From contig JABLXB010000006.1 in NCBI GenBank assembly GCA_013178305.1, positions 25,921-89,920 on the forward strand: a DNA stretch of 64,000 nucleotides, read 5' to 3'. Source of the DNA: Bacillota bacterium. GTDB taxonomy: Bacteria; Bacillota; Sulfobacillia; JABLXB01. Both the position numbers and the translations under genes were made by a program. Positions 43,706-53,163 of the stretch are shown in pieces. The first letter of the stretch is position 1. Every line of letters begins with the position of its first letter. The notes beneath the pieces are model-generated. The model made no database searches. It was not told the DNA's origin and saw nothing but the letters and a program-made list of their open reading frames with translations.

Positions 43706-44365
43706 ATGGACAAGACGGAGATCTATGCAACCATAGCGAGACACGTGATCGACGGGGATTCGAACGCCACCGTGGATTCGTGCCTGAAGGCGCTCGACGC
43801 CGGCCTCGAGCCGCTGGAGATAATCAACGACGGGCTGTCGGCAGGGATCAACAAGGTCGGCGAGCTTTTCGGGGCCGGGGAATACTTCCTGCCCGAGTTG
43901 ATCGTTAGTGCCGACGCCATGAAGGCCGGGGCGGCCGTGGTCAACGACGCGCTACTGGCTCAGGGCAAAGCAAAGGAGCCGGTGGGCAAGGTGGTCATCG
44001 GCTCTGTAAAGGACGACGAGCACGACATAGGCAAGAACATCGTGGCGTCGCTGCTCACCGCGCACGGCTTCCTCGTGACCGACCTCGGGACAAACGTCCC
44101 GCAGAGCGTCTTCGTGGAAAAAGCGCGGGAGATGAAGCCCGACATCGTCGGGCTTTCGGCGCTCCTCACCACGACGATGCCCAACCAGAAGTCCACCATA
44201 GAGGCGCTCGAGGAGGCCGGCCTGCGGCGGTCTCTGAAGGTCATCATCGGGGGCGCTCCTGTGACGGCGAAGTGGGCGGAGTCGATAGGGGCGGACGCGT
44301 ACGCGAGGGACGCGGTGGACGCTGTTGAGAAGGCGAAGAGCCTGGTGGGGGGTGACTCCAGGTGA
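43706..44365 (+). CDS. Cobalamin-binding corrinoid protein (MtbC/MtaC-like)
   Basis: 219 aa. N-terminal helical cap domain plus Rossmann B12 domain with DxHxxG (DDEHDIGKNIV), SALLTTT and GGAPV. Confidence 0.9.
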   Translation: MDKTEIYATIARHVIDGDSNATVDSCLKALDAGLEPLEIINDGLSAGINKVGELFGAGEYFLPELIVSADAMKAGAAVVNDALLAQGKAKEPVGKVVIGSVKDDEHDIGKNIVASLLTAHGFLVTDLGTNVPQSVFVEKAREMKPDIVGLSALLTTTMPNQKSTIEALEEAGLRRSLKVIIGGAPVTAKWAESIGADAYARDAVDAVEKAKSLVGGDSR

Positions 44366-45492
44366 ACTCGAGGGAACGCGCACTTGCCGCTCTCAATCAC
44401 AGAGAGCCCGACCGGGTACCGATCGACTTCGGCGGCACGAAGGTCACGAGCATCACGAGGCCGGCATACGAGAGGCTTCTCGAGTACCTCCAGGTCCGTG
44501 GCACCGACCAGGGGATGAGCATCGACGGCGGCGAAGCCTTCGTGCCCAGTGAGCGAATCCAGAGGTTTCTGGGCGCGGATTTCCGCCGGACGAGCCTCCA
44601 GGCTCCCGACGGGTACAAGAGGGTTATCCAGGCCGATGGGACGTACGTGGACGAGTGGGGCATTCGCCGTAAGAAAGTCGGTTTCTACTGGGAGATATGC
44701 GAGTTCCCGCTCGCGAAGGCCACGGTGGATGACCTCGAGCGGTATCCGTGGCCCGACCCCGCCAATCCGGGGCGGGTGAGGGGGCTCCGCGACAAGGTCA
44801 AGGCGCTCCGTGAGAATACCGACTGCGCGATAATCGCCGACGGCGCAGCGTCGGGAGTGTTCCTGCACGCCTGCCGGATGCGCGGGTTCGAGCAGTTCCT
44901 CCGGGACCTCGCGGCCGACAAGCGGTTCGCGAATGCGTTCATGGATAGACTGGTGGAGGTGTACATCGGCCTGTACGAGGCGTACATGACCGCTGTGGGC
45001 GACTACGTGGACGTGGTGTGTTTCGCCGACGACCTCGGCACGCAGGAGAGGACCTTCGTTTCGCCACGGATGTACCGCGAGATGATAAAGCCCCGCCAGA
45101 AGCAGGTGTTCGACGCAATCAAGTCCAGGACCCGGGCGAAGTTGTTCATCCACTGTGACGGCGCGATCGCCCCGATAATTCGCGACTTCATCGAGATAGG
45201 CGTCGACGTCCTGGACCCGGTTCAGACTTCGGCCGCCGGCATGGACCCCCTCTATCTGAAGAACGAGTTCGGCAAGGACATCGTGTTCTGGGGCGGGATC
45301 GACATCCAGAAGGTGGTTTCAACCGGCACCGCGGCGGACGTGGAGACTGAGGTCCGCAGGATAATCGAGGTGCTGGGGCCGGGCGGTGGCTACGTGCTCG
45401 GGGCGACCCACAACCTGCAGGCGGACACGCCGCCCGAGAACATCCTGGCGCTGTACAATTCCGCCCTCAAGTACGGCTGGTACCAGGCGTAG
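44362..45492 (+). CDS. Uroporphyrinogen-decarboxylase-family methyltransferase (MtaA/CmuA-like, corrinoid-dependent)
   Basis: GTGA overlap with the corrinoid protein gene. 376 aa. URO-D-fold N-terminus ALAALNHREPDRVPIDFGG and C-terminal HCDG..DPVQ segments. Confidence 0.8.
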   Translation: MNSRERALAALNHREPDRVPIDFGGTKVTSITRPAYERLLEYLQVRGTDQGMSIDGGEAFVPSERIQRFLGADFRRTSLQAPDGYKRVIQADGTYVDEWGIRRKKVGFYWEICEFPLAKATVDDLERYPWPDPANPGRVRGLRDKVKALRENTDCAIIADGAASGVFLHACRMRGFEQFLRDLAADKRFANAFMDRLVEVYIGLYEAYMTAVGDYVDVVCFADDLGTQERTFVSPRMYREMIKPRQKQVFDAIKSRTRAKLFIHCDGAIAPIIRDFIEIGVDVLDPVQTSAAGMDPLYLKNEFGKDIVFWGGIDIQKVVSTGTAADVETEVRRIIEVLGPGGGYVLGATHNLQADTPPENILALYNSALKYGWYQA

Positions 45493-45600
45493 GGCTGCGC
45501 CACCGCCCGCGTTACGGAATAGTATTGTAATGATCGGATGAGCGGTGGCGAGCGGCAGCGACGTAAGGTGGTGAAGAGCGGCGGAATACCGCCGTTATCC

Positions 45601-45628
45601 TTGACAACTGGTAGAACTTTGCTAAGAT
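45601..45628 (+). promoter_or_regulatory. Sigma-A-type promoter upstream of speH
   Basis: TTGACA, 16 nt, TAAGAT. A ~75-nt leader contains the small hairpin GGGTGG-ttttcc-CCACCC. Confidence 0.5.
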
Positions 45629-45705
45629 CTATTTTGATTGGCTTCAGGGGGTGGTTTTCCCCACCCATATTCGGGTTTTGATCACAAAAGGGGGTTGGTA
45701 ATGAG

Positions 45706-46080
45706 ATGAACGCTTTGGGCCGTCACGTGTTGGCCGAGGTCTATGACTGCAACCGAAGCATCCTGGATGACACAGGAGAAGTAGAGCAGGTCATGGTCAA
45801 CGCGGCTCTCAAAGCCGGCGCTGAAGTCAGAGAAGTGGCGTTCCACAAGTTCAGCCCCCAGGGAGTGTCCGGCGTGGTGGTTATCTCGGAAAGCCACGTG
45901 GCCGTGCATACGTGGCCGGAGTATGGGTACGCTGCGGTCGACGTGTTCACTTGCGGCAGCAAGGTGGACCCCTGGGACATCATGAACCGCATCATCAAGG
46001 ACCTGGACGCGGGTCACTACACCGCGACCGAGACCAGGCGGGGGATATTCGAGGAAACGGCGGCCCAGGCAGCCAGCTGA
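45706..46080 (+). CDS. speH: S-adenosylmethionine decarboxylase proenzyme (pyruvoyl type, class 1)
   Basis: 124 aa. GRHVLAEVYDC, self-cleavage site VISESHVAVHTWPE, AAVDVFTCG. Confidence 0.9.
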   Translation: MNALGRHVLAEVYDCNRSILDDTGEVEQVMVNAALKAGAEVREVAFHKFSPQGVSGVVVISESHVAVHTWPEYGYAAVDVFTCGSKVDPWDIMNRIIKDLDAGHYTATETRRGIFEETAAQAAS

Positions 46081-46176
46081 CATACTGGAAGCGCCGGGAG
46101 CGCCAACCTCGTATCAGGGGGGATATTTATTCTAGGCCACAATCGAAGAGATCGAGGGCCCAAGGTTCACACGTGA

Positions 46177-46212
46177 AGCCCTACGGTACCAGGAGGCACG
46201 TACCGTAGGGCT
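46177..46212 (+). terminator. 13-bp perfect hairpin downstream of speH (probable terminator)
   Basis: AGCCCTACGGTAC, 10-nt loop, GTACCGTAGGGCT, followed by CGAAGTTTCTCT (poor U tract). Confidence 0.45.
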
Positions 46213-46284
46213 CGAAGTTTCTCTGGAGGGATCTTCCTTGCACTGGTGTATAATATAGACTGTCTGATCAAAGGGGGGCGCACT

Positions 46285-47358
46285 GTGGACGATTCGGTTC
46301 TGACGATGCTCAGGGACCTTTCCGAGGCCCCGGGACTGCCGGGTTTCGAGCAAGACGTGCGCAGGCTTATCAGGGGGTACTGTGAGCCATTCTCTACCAC
46401 AGAGTACGACTCGCTGGGAAGCATCATCTGCCGTAAAGAAGGCTCCTCGACTTCGCCGAGAATCATGCTTGCGGGACACATGGACGAAGTCGGGTTCATC
46501 GCGATATACATAACGGAGAAGGGATTCGTGAAGTTCCAGCCCATGGGCGGCTGGTTCGACCAGGTGCTCCTGGCGCAGCGTGTGGTCATCAAGACCTCCA
46601 AGGGCGACGTGCCGGGCGTGATCGGCTGTAAGCCGCCTCATCTGATGACCGAGGACGACCGCAAGAAGGTCATCATGATGAAGGACATGTTCATCGACAT
46701 CGGGGCCGCGAGCCGTGAAGAGGCGTCGGCCCTCGGAGTCCGGCCGGGAGACCCGGTACTGCCGGTCAGCCAGTTCGGCGTTACCGCCAACGGAAAACTG
46801 CTGATGGGTAAGGCGTGGGACGACCGCGCGGGCTGCGCGCTCTTTATCGAGGTGCTCCGCAGGCTTTCGACCACGGACCATCCCAACACCGTATTCGGAG
46901 TGGGCACCGTGCAGGAGGAAGTCGGACTGCGCGGCGCCACTACGTCCTGTCACGTCACCGATCCCGATGTCGCGTTCGCCCTTGAGGTGGACATAGCCGG
47001 CGGCGCCCCCGGCATGGACGAAGCGGAGGCGCTGTCGAGGTTGGGGCACGGGCCGTCCCTCACGGTGTACGACGCCTCGATGGTCCCCAACGTCAAGCTC
47101 CGCGACCTCGTGATCTCCGTCGCCGAGCGGGAGAAGATCCCGCTCCAGATGAATTTCATGGCGCGCGGTGGCACCGATGCGGGCCGCATACACATCCACG
47201 GAAGGGGTGTCCCCTCGGTAGTTATCAGCGTCCCCAGCCGGTACATTCACTCTCACGTAGGACTGATTCACAGGGACGACTTCGATGCGGCAGTATCCCT
47301 GCTGGTGGCCATCGTGAAGCGCCTCGACGCTGCGACGGTCGCCGGCCTCAAGTTGTAG
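46285..47358 (+). CDS. M42-family glutamyl aminopeptidase / FrvX-like peptidase
   Basis: GTG 46285 follows AAAGGGGGG. N-terminus [14 protein letters not shown]. Conserved [30 protein letters not shown]. Confidence 0.85.
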   Translation: MDDSVLTMLRDLSEAPGLPGFEQDVRRLIRGYCEPFSTTEYDSLGSIICRKEGSSTSPRIMLAGHMDEVGFIAIYITEKGFVKFQPMGGWFDQVLLAQRVVIKTSKGDVPGVIGCKPPHLMTEDDRKKVIMMKDMFIDIGAASREEASALGVRPGDPVLPVSQFGVTANGKLLMGKAWDDRAGCALFIEVLRRLSTTDHPNTVFGVGTVQEEVGLRGATTSCHVTDPDVAFALEVDIAGGAPGMDEAEALSRLGHGPSLTVYDASMVPNVKLRDLVISVAEREKIPLQMNFMARGGTDAGRIHIHGRGVPSVVISVPSRYIHSHVGLIHRDDFDAAVSLLVAIVKRLDAATVAGLKL

Positions 47359-47389
47359 CAGCGGACGCGCCGGCGACGGAGGGCGATCG

Positions 47390-47830
47390 ATGGAACGCAC
47401 CCTGATCATCATCAAGCCCGATGGGGTCGAGAGGGGTCTCATCGGCGAAGTCGTGTCGAGGTTCGAACGAGCTGGGCTGAAGGTCGTCGCGATGCGCATG
47501 CTCCGTATGACGGGGGACCTTGCGGGGCGGCACTACCACGTCCACGCCGCCAAGCCGTTCTATGCGGGTCTCGTCGAATACATAACGTCGGGGCCGGTCG
47601 TAGCGATGGTGTGTGAGGGACCGCGTGCTGTGGAATCGGCGCGCGCTCTCATCGGCGCCACGGACCCGCGGAAGGCCGCGCCCGGGACTATCCGCGGCGA
47701 CCTCGGTGCGGATGTCCAGCGCAATCTGGTCCACGCCTCGGATTCCGCATCCTCTGCGGAATTCGAGATAGGCCTGTTTTTCCCGGATGAACTCGTGGCA
47801 GGTGACATGGAGGTAGGCGCCGGAACTTGA
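47390..47830 (+). CDS. ndk: Nucleoside-diphosphate kinase
   Basis: [21 protein letters not shown].., NLVHASDS active-site His context. 146 aa. Confidence 0.95.
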   Translation: MERTLIIIKPDGVERGLIGEVVSRFERAGLKVVAMRMLRMTGDLAGRHYHVHAAKPFYAGLVEYITSGPVVAMVCEGPRAVESARALIGATDPRKAAPGTIRGDLGADVQRNLVHASDSASSAEFEIGLFFPDELVAGDMEVGAGT

Positions 47831-47877
47831 TACCCGTTGTCACTGCCGACTGCCCGCCTTGATGGGAGGGGTCCGCA

Positions 47878-48699
47878 TTGAAAGTGGGCGTTATCGGGGG
47901 GACCGGAGTGTACGGCTGCCTCGCCCTGTCGTCCCTCAGAGACCTCAGTGTGAGGACGCCGTACGGTGACGCATTCATGAAGCAGGGGCTTATCGGCAAG
48001 ACAGAGGTGACATTGCTGTACCGCCACGGCGAAGGGCACACGGTGCCGCCGCACAAGGTCAACTACAGGGCCAATATTTGGGCGCTCTGGTGGCTCGGCG
48101 TGCAGCGGGTGATCGGCACCGCCGCGTCCGGGTCGCTGAATCCGTCCATGGCCCCGGGCGACCTCGTGGCGGTGGACCAGTTCATCGACTTTACAAGGTC
48201 CCGGGCGGCGACGTTCTTCGAGGGGGGCGAAATGGGGGTCGTGCACACAGACGTCACCGACCCTTACTGCGCCGAGGTGAGAGAGGCCCTTAACGGGGCC
48301 GCAAGGGAACGGGATGTCCGCCTGCACGATTCGGGCTGCTACGTGTGTACCGAGGGACCCAGGTTCGAAACGCGCGCAGAAATCAAGGCATACAGGAAGC
48401 TTGGCGGGGACCTTGTCGGGATGACGAACGTACCGGAGGTAGTGTTGGCCAAGGAGGCCGGCATGTGTTACGGCCTCGTGGCGATCGTCACAAACTTCGC
48501 CGCGGGCATCTCCTCCCAGCCGCTGACGCACGAAGAGGTTCTCGAAGCGATGAAAGAGGCGGCGGGACGGGTGGCCCCGGTGATCGAGGGCGCCGTGGCG
48601 CGCCTGGCGGCGCGCGCGCCCGAGAAGCGGGAGTGCGGGTGCGCGAGAAACTGGGGACTGCTCGCGAAAACGCCGGGCGGGACAGGAGGACTGCGATGA
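47878..48699 (+). CDS. mtnP: S-methyl-5'-thioadenosine phosphorylase
   Basis: TTG after GGGAGGGG. VGVIGGTGVY, RHGEGH, PPHKVNYRANIWAL, VGMT..PE motifs of MTAP. 273 aa. Confidence 0.85.
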   Translation: MKVGVIGGTGVYGCLALSSLRDLSVRTPYGDAFMKQGLIGKTEVTLLYRHGEGHTVPPHKVNYRANIWALWWLGVQRVIGTAASGSLNPSMAPGDLVAVDQFIDFTRSRAATFFEGGEMGVVHTDVTDPYCAEVREALNGAARERDVRLHDSGCYVCTEGPRFETRAEIKAYRKLGGDLVGMTNVPEVVLAKEAGMCYGLVAIVTNFAAGISSQPLTHEEVLEAMKEAAGRVAPVIEGAVARLAARAPEKRECGCARNWGLLAKTPGGTGGLR

Positions 48700-49940
48700 C
48701 GACGGTGCGCGACAGCCGCCTTGCCGAAGGCGGGAGGAAGAAGATCGACTGGGCGGAGTCCCACATGCCGGTCCTGAACGAGATTCGAAGAAGGTACAGG
48801 GAGAGCAGGCCGTTCAGCGGGATGAACGTGGGAATATGCCTGCACCTGGAGGCCAAGACCGCCTGTCTCGCGATTGCGCTCGCGGAGGCTGGCGCGACGG
48901 TGTCGGTGGCCGGATCGAACCCGCTGTCGACGCAGGACGATGTCGCGGCTGCCCTGGCCGAGCGGGGTGTCCGCGTATACGCGTGGCACGGCGCGACGCC
49001 CGAGGAATACTTCACATTCATCAAAGCCGTGCTGGAAGACCGCCCGCACCTGGTTATCGATGACGGAGGAGACCTCGTGGGGCTGCTGCACGGGGAGATG
49101 AGCAGGCACGCCGATCAGGTTCTCGGCGGTTGCGAGGAGACCACCACCGGTGTGAAGCGCCTGCGGTCGATGGAGAGGGACGGCGTGCTGCGATTCCCGA
49201 TGGTGGCGGTCAACAACGCGCGCTGCAAGTACCTGTTCGACAACAGATACGGCACCGGGCAGTCGGTGTGGGACGGGATCCTCAGGACCACGAACCTGTT
49301 TATAGCCGGCAGGACAGTCGTGGTTATGGGATACGGGTGGTGCGGCAAGGGCGTGGCGATGAGGGCGAGGGGACTCGGCGCCGGCGTCGTGGTGTGCGAG
49401 GTCGACCCCGTCGCGGCGAACGAGGCGCTCGCGGACGGTTACCGCGTGATGAAGTCCGTAGACGCCGCCGCCGTGGGCGACATCTTCATCACGGTGACCG
49501 GTTGCAGGGACGTCCTGCGCAGAGAGCACTTCGAGCGGATGAAGGACGGGGCCATCCTCGCGAACGCGGGGCACTTCGACGTCGAGATTTCCAAGCCAGA
49601 TTTGAATTCGATCAGCCCCGAGGTGAGGCAGGCCAGGCCGAATGTCGCGGAGTACCGTACCGCGACGGGGAAGAGGCTGTACCTTCTGGCGGAGGGCAGG
49701 CTCGTAAACCTGGCCGCCGGGGACGGTCATCCCGTTGAAATTATGGACATGAGCTTCGCAATCCAGGCTCTCGCCTTGAACCACGTCAGGGAGAACGCGT
49801 CGGCCCTCGGGGCGCGGGTCGTTCCTGTCCCTGCGGAGCTCGACGAGGCAGTCGCGCGGTTGAGACTGGAGGCGCTGGGCGTCGGAATCGACTCCCTCAG
49901 CGTGGAGCAAAGCCGTTACCTCGAATCGTGGAGGGAATAG
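48696..49940 (+). CDS. ahcY: Adenosylhomocysteinase
   Basis: ATG 48696 overlaps the mtnP stop (ATGA); the track start at 48345 is an over-extension. 414 aa. LAEGGRKKIDWAESHMPVL, HLEAKTA, GYGWCGKG, NAGHFDVEI. Confidence 0.95.
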   Translation: MTTVRDSRLAEGGRKKIDWAESHMPVLNEIRRRYRESRPFSGMNVGICLHLEAKTACLAIALAEAGATVSVAGSNPLSTQDDVAAALAERGVRVYAWHGATPEEYFTFIKAVLEDRPHLVIDDGGDLVGLLHGEMSRHADQVLGGCEETTTGVKRLRSMERDGVLRFPMVAVNNARCKYLFDNRYGTGQSVWDGILRTTNLFIAGRTVVVMGYGWCGKGVAMRARGLGAGVVVCEVDPVAANEALADGYRVMKSVDAAAVGDIFITVTGCRDVLRREHFERMKDGAILANAGHFDVEISKPDLNSISPEVRQARPNVAEYRTATGKRLYLLAEGRLVNLAAGDGHPVEIMDMSFAIQALALNHVRENASALGARVVPVPAELDEAVARLRLEALGVGIDSLSVEQSRYLESWRE

Positions 49941-49956
49941 GACGGAGGCTGGGGTC

Positions 49957-51291
49957 GTGAAAGAAGGCGCGGGATCGATGCTCATCCGCGGCGGCTCCGT
50001 CCTGCTCGAGGCTGCCGGGGCGCCGGGCGGGGCCCGGGGCGTGGAGATCCTGGAGGGTCTAGACGTGCTCGTGTCCGGGGACAGGATCGCGTACGTCGGA
50101 CCCACAGGCAGCGCCCCCGCGGCCGCGACGTGCGTGGAGTACGACGCCACGGGGCAGGTGGTCATGCCTGGCTTCGTGAACGGCCACACCCACTGCTCGA
50201 TGACGCTGCTCCGGGGCTATGCGCAGGACATGACCCTGGACGATTGGCTCAGGAAGAGGATCTGGCCGGCGGAAGGCCGGATGACCCCGGAGGACATCCA
50301 CTGGGGGGCGCTGCTCGGCTGCGTAGAGATGATCGCCGCGGGTGTGACGTCGTTCTGCGACATGTACTTCAAGATGGACGGCGTGGCGGAAGCGGTGGAG
50401 GCGTCCGGTCTCCGGGCGCTCCTGTCCCAGGGCATGGCGGGCCTCAACCAGGCTGACCGGCGGCGGACGTGGGACGCCAGCCTGGAGCTTTACCACCGGT
50501 GGAACGGCGGCGCGGGCGGCCGAATCCGCGTGATCCTCGGCCCTCACGCGCCTTATACTTGCCCGCCGGACTTCCTCGAGGAGGTCGGTAGGCTGTCGAC
50601 CGAACTCGGGGTTCAGGTCACGATACACCTGGCCGAAACCCGGGATGAAGTCGAGGAGTGCCTGAGAAGGCACGGGAAGACGCCGGTACGGCTCGCGTTC
50701 GACTCGGGACTGGCCTCGGTGGGGATGATAGCGGCGCACTGCGTGCACGCCGGCGAGGAGGACGTGCGGCTCCTGGGTTCACCGCGCGCGGCAGCGGTCC
50801 ACTGCCCCGTTTCAAACCTCAACCTGGCGTGCGGTATCGCTCCCGTGGCCCGAATGCTTACTGCGGGCGTAACCGTCGCGCTGGGGACGGACGGACCTGC
50901 GTCGGGCAGCACGCACGAGATGTTCACCGCTATGAGACTGGCCACGCTGGCGCAGAAGCACCTGACGGGAGACCCGACCGCGTTACCGGCGACACGCGCG
51001 TTGTGGATGGCCACGCGCGGCGGGGCGCTCGCGCTGGGACTGGGCGATACCGGCGCGATCCGCGAGGGGATGAAGGCGGACATGATCTGCGTGAGCACGA
51101 AGGGCCCGCATTTCCAACCGGGGCTCGATGCCGGGGCGTGCCTCGTACACTGCGCCAGGCCGGAGGACGTCAGGCTCGTCATGGTGGACGGTAGGGTGCT
51201 CAAAAAGGACGATCAGGTACTCACGCTGGACGAGGAGGTCATACGCCGCGAAGTCGAGGCCAGGGCGAAGCGCATCGTCAAGAGCGCTTAG
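49957..51291 (+). CDS. mtaD: 5-methylthioadenosine/S-adenosylhomocysteine deaminase (amidohydrolase)
   Basis: GFVNGHTHCSMTLLRGYAQDMTLDDWL, HLAET, VALGTDG. Start is GTG 49957 (GGAGG upstream) or ATG 49978 (MLIRGG..). Confidence 0.85.
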   Translation: MKEGAGSMLIRGGSVLLEAAGAPGGARGVEILEGLDVLVSGDRIAYVGPTGSAPAAATCVEYDATGQVVMPGFVNGHTHCSMTLLRGYAQDMTLDDWLRKRIWPAEGRMTPEDIHWGALLGCVEMIAAGVTSFCDMYFKMDGVAEAVEASGLRALLSQGMAGLNQADRRRTWDASLELYHRWNGGAGGRIRVILGPHAPYTCPPDFLEEVGRLSTELGVQVTIHLAETRDEVEECLRRHGKTPVRLAFDSGLASVGMIAAHCVHAGEEDVRLLGSPRAAAVHCPVSNLNLACGIAPVARMLTAGVTVALGTDGPASGSTHEMFTAMRLATLAQKHLTGDPTALPATRALWMATRGGALALGLGDTGAIREGMKADMICVSTKGPHFQPGLDAGACLVHCARPEDVRLVMVDGRVLKKDDQVLTLDEEVIRREVEARAKRIVKSA

Positions 51292-51307
51292 CGGGGTGGT
51301 CCCGCCA

Positions 51308-52528
51308 TCAGAGCCAGACCTTGTACACGAGGTACATGGCGATCCAGGCCGCGGTGGTCACGACGGGCACCGGCCAGCATTCCCTGTACACCGGCCCGGG
51401 CTCTACGTCGAAGTGCCTGTCGGTCAGGACCAGGCAGAGATGGAGCGGGGATACCAGGTAGGCCACGAACGAGATCACGTACGCAAAGGATGCCGCCAGC
51501 ACGCGCTGGGCGTACGGTTCCGACAACGAGGTCAATATGGAAAGCCCGATTGCGACGGCCGCCTGTATGGTCCCCGAAGCGAACCCAAACAGCAACATCG
51601 CGAGACTGGCTACTACCTCAAGCGGCACCCCCGCAGCGGTAAGCGCCGCGGTACCGCTGCGTACGAGGCTCATTTCCGAGATGAATGCCTTTAGCACCAT
51701 GACCGCCACGACCATGCCCATCAGGTTCCAGTCCACGAATGCTCCCATTGCACGGACGTCGAAACCCTCTCTTCCGCGTGCGAGGAGCAGTCCGAGCAAG
51801 ATGCCCGCCACGAGCGCGATGGCTAGCCTTACCGAAAAAACGGTGGCAAGCAGGAGCGCGAGGATTATCGGGCTGGCGGAGCGGAGGAACTCCACGAGGC
51901 TGTCCTTGAGCGGGGCCGCCGGCGGCTCACTAGAGCTCTTTGAATTCCGGATGAGTCGCAGGTATCCGGTGAAAGCCATGATGACGGTGAGAGGCCAGAC
52001 GATCTTGACGATGTCGAATGCCGACACCCCGGCGAGCTTGGCCGTAAGCAGGAGCGTAGTCGAGAAGGGGAACACGAAGAATACCGCGTGGCGAAAAATC
52101 ACGTTGACCGCGGCTTTCCTCACAGGGCTGAACCTGAGGGAGTCACCCACCCTGTCGACCAGCGGGGCCGACAGGAACGCCCCCCCGAACACCGCCAGGC
52201 TGCCCAACAGCGCGGGGACAGCCATTATCGCGAGACTGGCGCTCCTGAGAATTCGCCGGAGTGACGTGGCCATCGAGTCGAGCAGGCCGTACTTCTGCAT
52301 GGTCTCGCCGAGTACTTTGATGAGGCCGACGCTCGCTGCGAGTTCCAGCGTATCAAGCGAGACCGCCGAGGTGGCGAAGGTGGGAAGGACCCTGGTTGCC
52401 GGCCATCCCATCGCAAACCCCAGTATTACGGCAGAAACGCTCATCGTGTAAACCTCGGGGACTCTCCGCTGGGCCCCCGCCAGAATGAGCGTGATGGCCG
52501 CCAACAGCCCCAATCCCTGCAAGACCAA
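51308..52528 (-). CDS. DUF401-family polytopic membrane protein (putative transporter)
   Basis: 406 aa, ~10-12 TM helices. The N-terminal layout (short TM, charged loop, TM, LDTLELAASVGLIKVLGETMQKYGLL) matches my recollection of DUF401. Confidence 0.65.
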   Translation of the reverse strand: MVLQGLGLLAAITLILAGAQRRVPEVYTMSVSAVILGFAMGWPATRVLPTFATSAVSLDTLELAASVGLIKVLGETMQKYGLLDSMATSLRRILRSASLAIMAVPALLGSLAVFGGAFLSAPLVDRVGDSLRFSPVRKAAVNVIFRHAVFFVFPFSTTLLLTAKLAGVSAFDIVKIVWPLTVIMAFTGYLRLIRNSKSSSEPPAAPLKDSLVEFLRSASPIILALLLATVFSVRLAIALVAGILLGLLLARGREGFDVRAMGAFVDWNLMGMVVAVMVLKAFISEMSLVRSGTAALTAAGVPLEVVASLAMLLFGFASGTIQAAVAIGLSILTSLSEPYAQRVLAASFAYVISFVAYLVSPLHLCLVLTDRHFDVEPGPVYRECWPVPVVTTAAWIAMYLVYKVWL

Positions 52529-52643
52529 CCCCTAACCCCACCCTTCTTCCCGGCCAATTATAACACCCGGTCCGGGCGGGCTACAACAAAGGGCGCGTAA
52601 TCAGGCGGACCCCCATTCATATCCTTTACGGGGGGGATGGGAA

Positions 52644-53099
52644 ATGGCCGCTTTGCGGTTGGCGGCGAAGACACAGGCCGCGGTCCTGGCCGGAACGGTC
52701 TTGCCGGCCCTGGCGGGGGCACTCGGTGCCCTTCCTGCCGGGCTGGGGGCGCTCGCCTCGCTTGCCTGGCTTCGCTGGAGGGTGATCCCGTGGAAAACCG
52801 TTGCCCTGGAGGTGGCGTCGTCTTCCCGTGAGGTGTTCCTTACGCTCCTGCCCGCGGCCGCCGTGGGAGCAGCCTGCGGCGGCACTGCGACAAGGCGGGT
52901 TGCGTGGGGCGCGGTCGTGTCGCTGCTGGCGGCGGCGCCTGGCACCGCGCTCCTGACGGGCAGGAGGGTGGTCGACGTGCTCCAGGCTGCCGGTTCGAGG
53001 CCCGTGGACTTCGCGGTGATCGCGACGGCGGGCGTGGCCGGCGGAATGATGGCGGCGGCGCTTGCCGCATGGATAAGCGACCGGGCGCGGGGGCGCTGA
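52644..53099 (+). CDS. Hypothetical Ala-rich membrane protein (151 aa)
   Basis: GGGGGGA RBS and high GC3 in this frame. 3-4 hydrophobic helices. No family recognised. An equally long antisense ORF exists, so this call is tentative. Confidence 0.4.
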   Translation: MAALRLAAKTQAAVLAGTVLPALAGALGALPAGLGALASLAWLRWRVIPWKTVALEVASSSREVFLTLLPAAAVGAACGGTATRRVAWGAVVSLLAAAPGTALLTGRRVVDVLQAAGSRPVDFAVIATAGVAGGMMAAALAAWISDRARGR

Positions 53100-53163
53100 A
53101 GGACTTGCGAATTGGATGGTAGAAAGGTCACACTCTAGTCAGGCGCTTATCCAGGAGGTTACA

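Noticed and set aside
48468-50189. A 573-aa minus-strand ORF antisense to ahcY/mtaD, and similar long antisense ORFs (for example 7344..8585-, 13129..14238-, 22969..23679-, 25981..27084-, 27565..28830-, 30054..31451-, 43960..45153-, 46132..47499-, 55810..56889-, 61768..63291-, 62931..63860-).
   Set aside because: High-GC DNA gives long stop-free antisense frames. Their translations are Arg/Pro/Gly/His-rich low-complexity sequence, while the sense strands encode clearly recognisable conserved proteins with proper RBSs and coupling.
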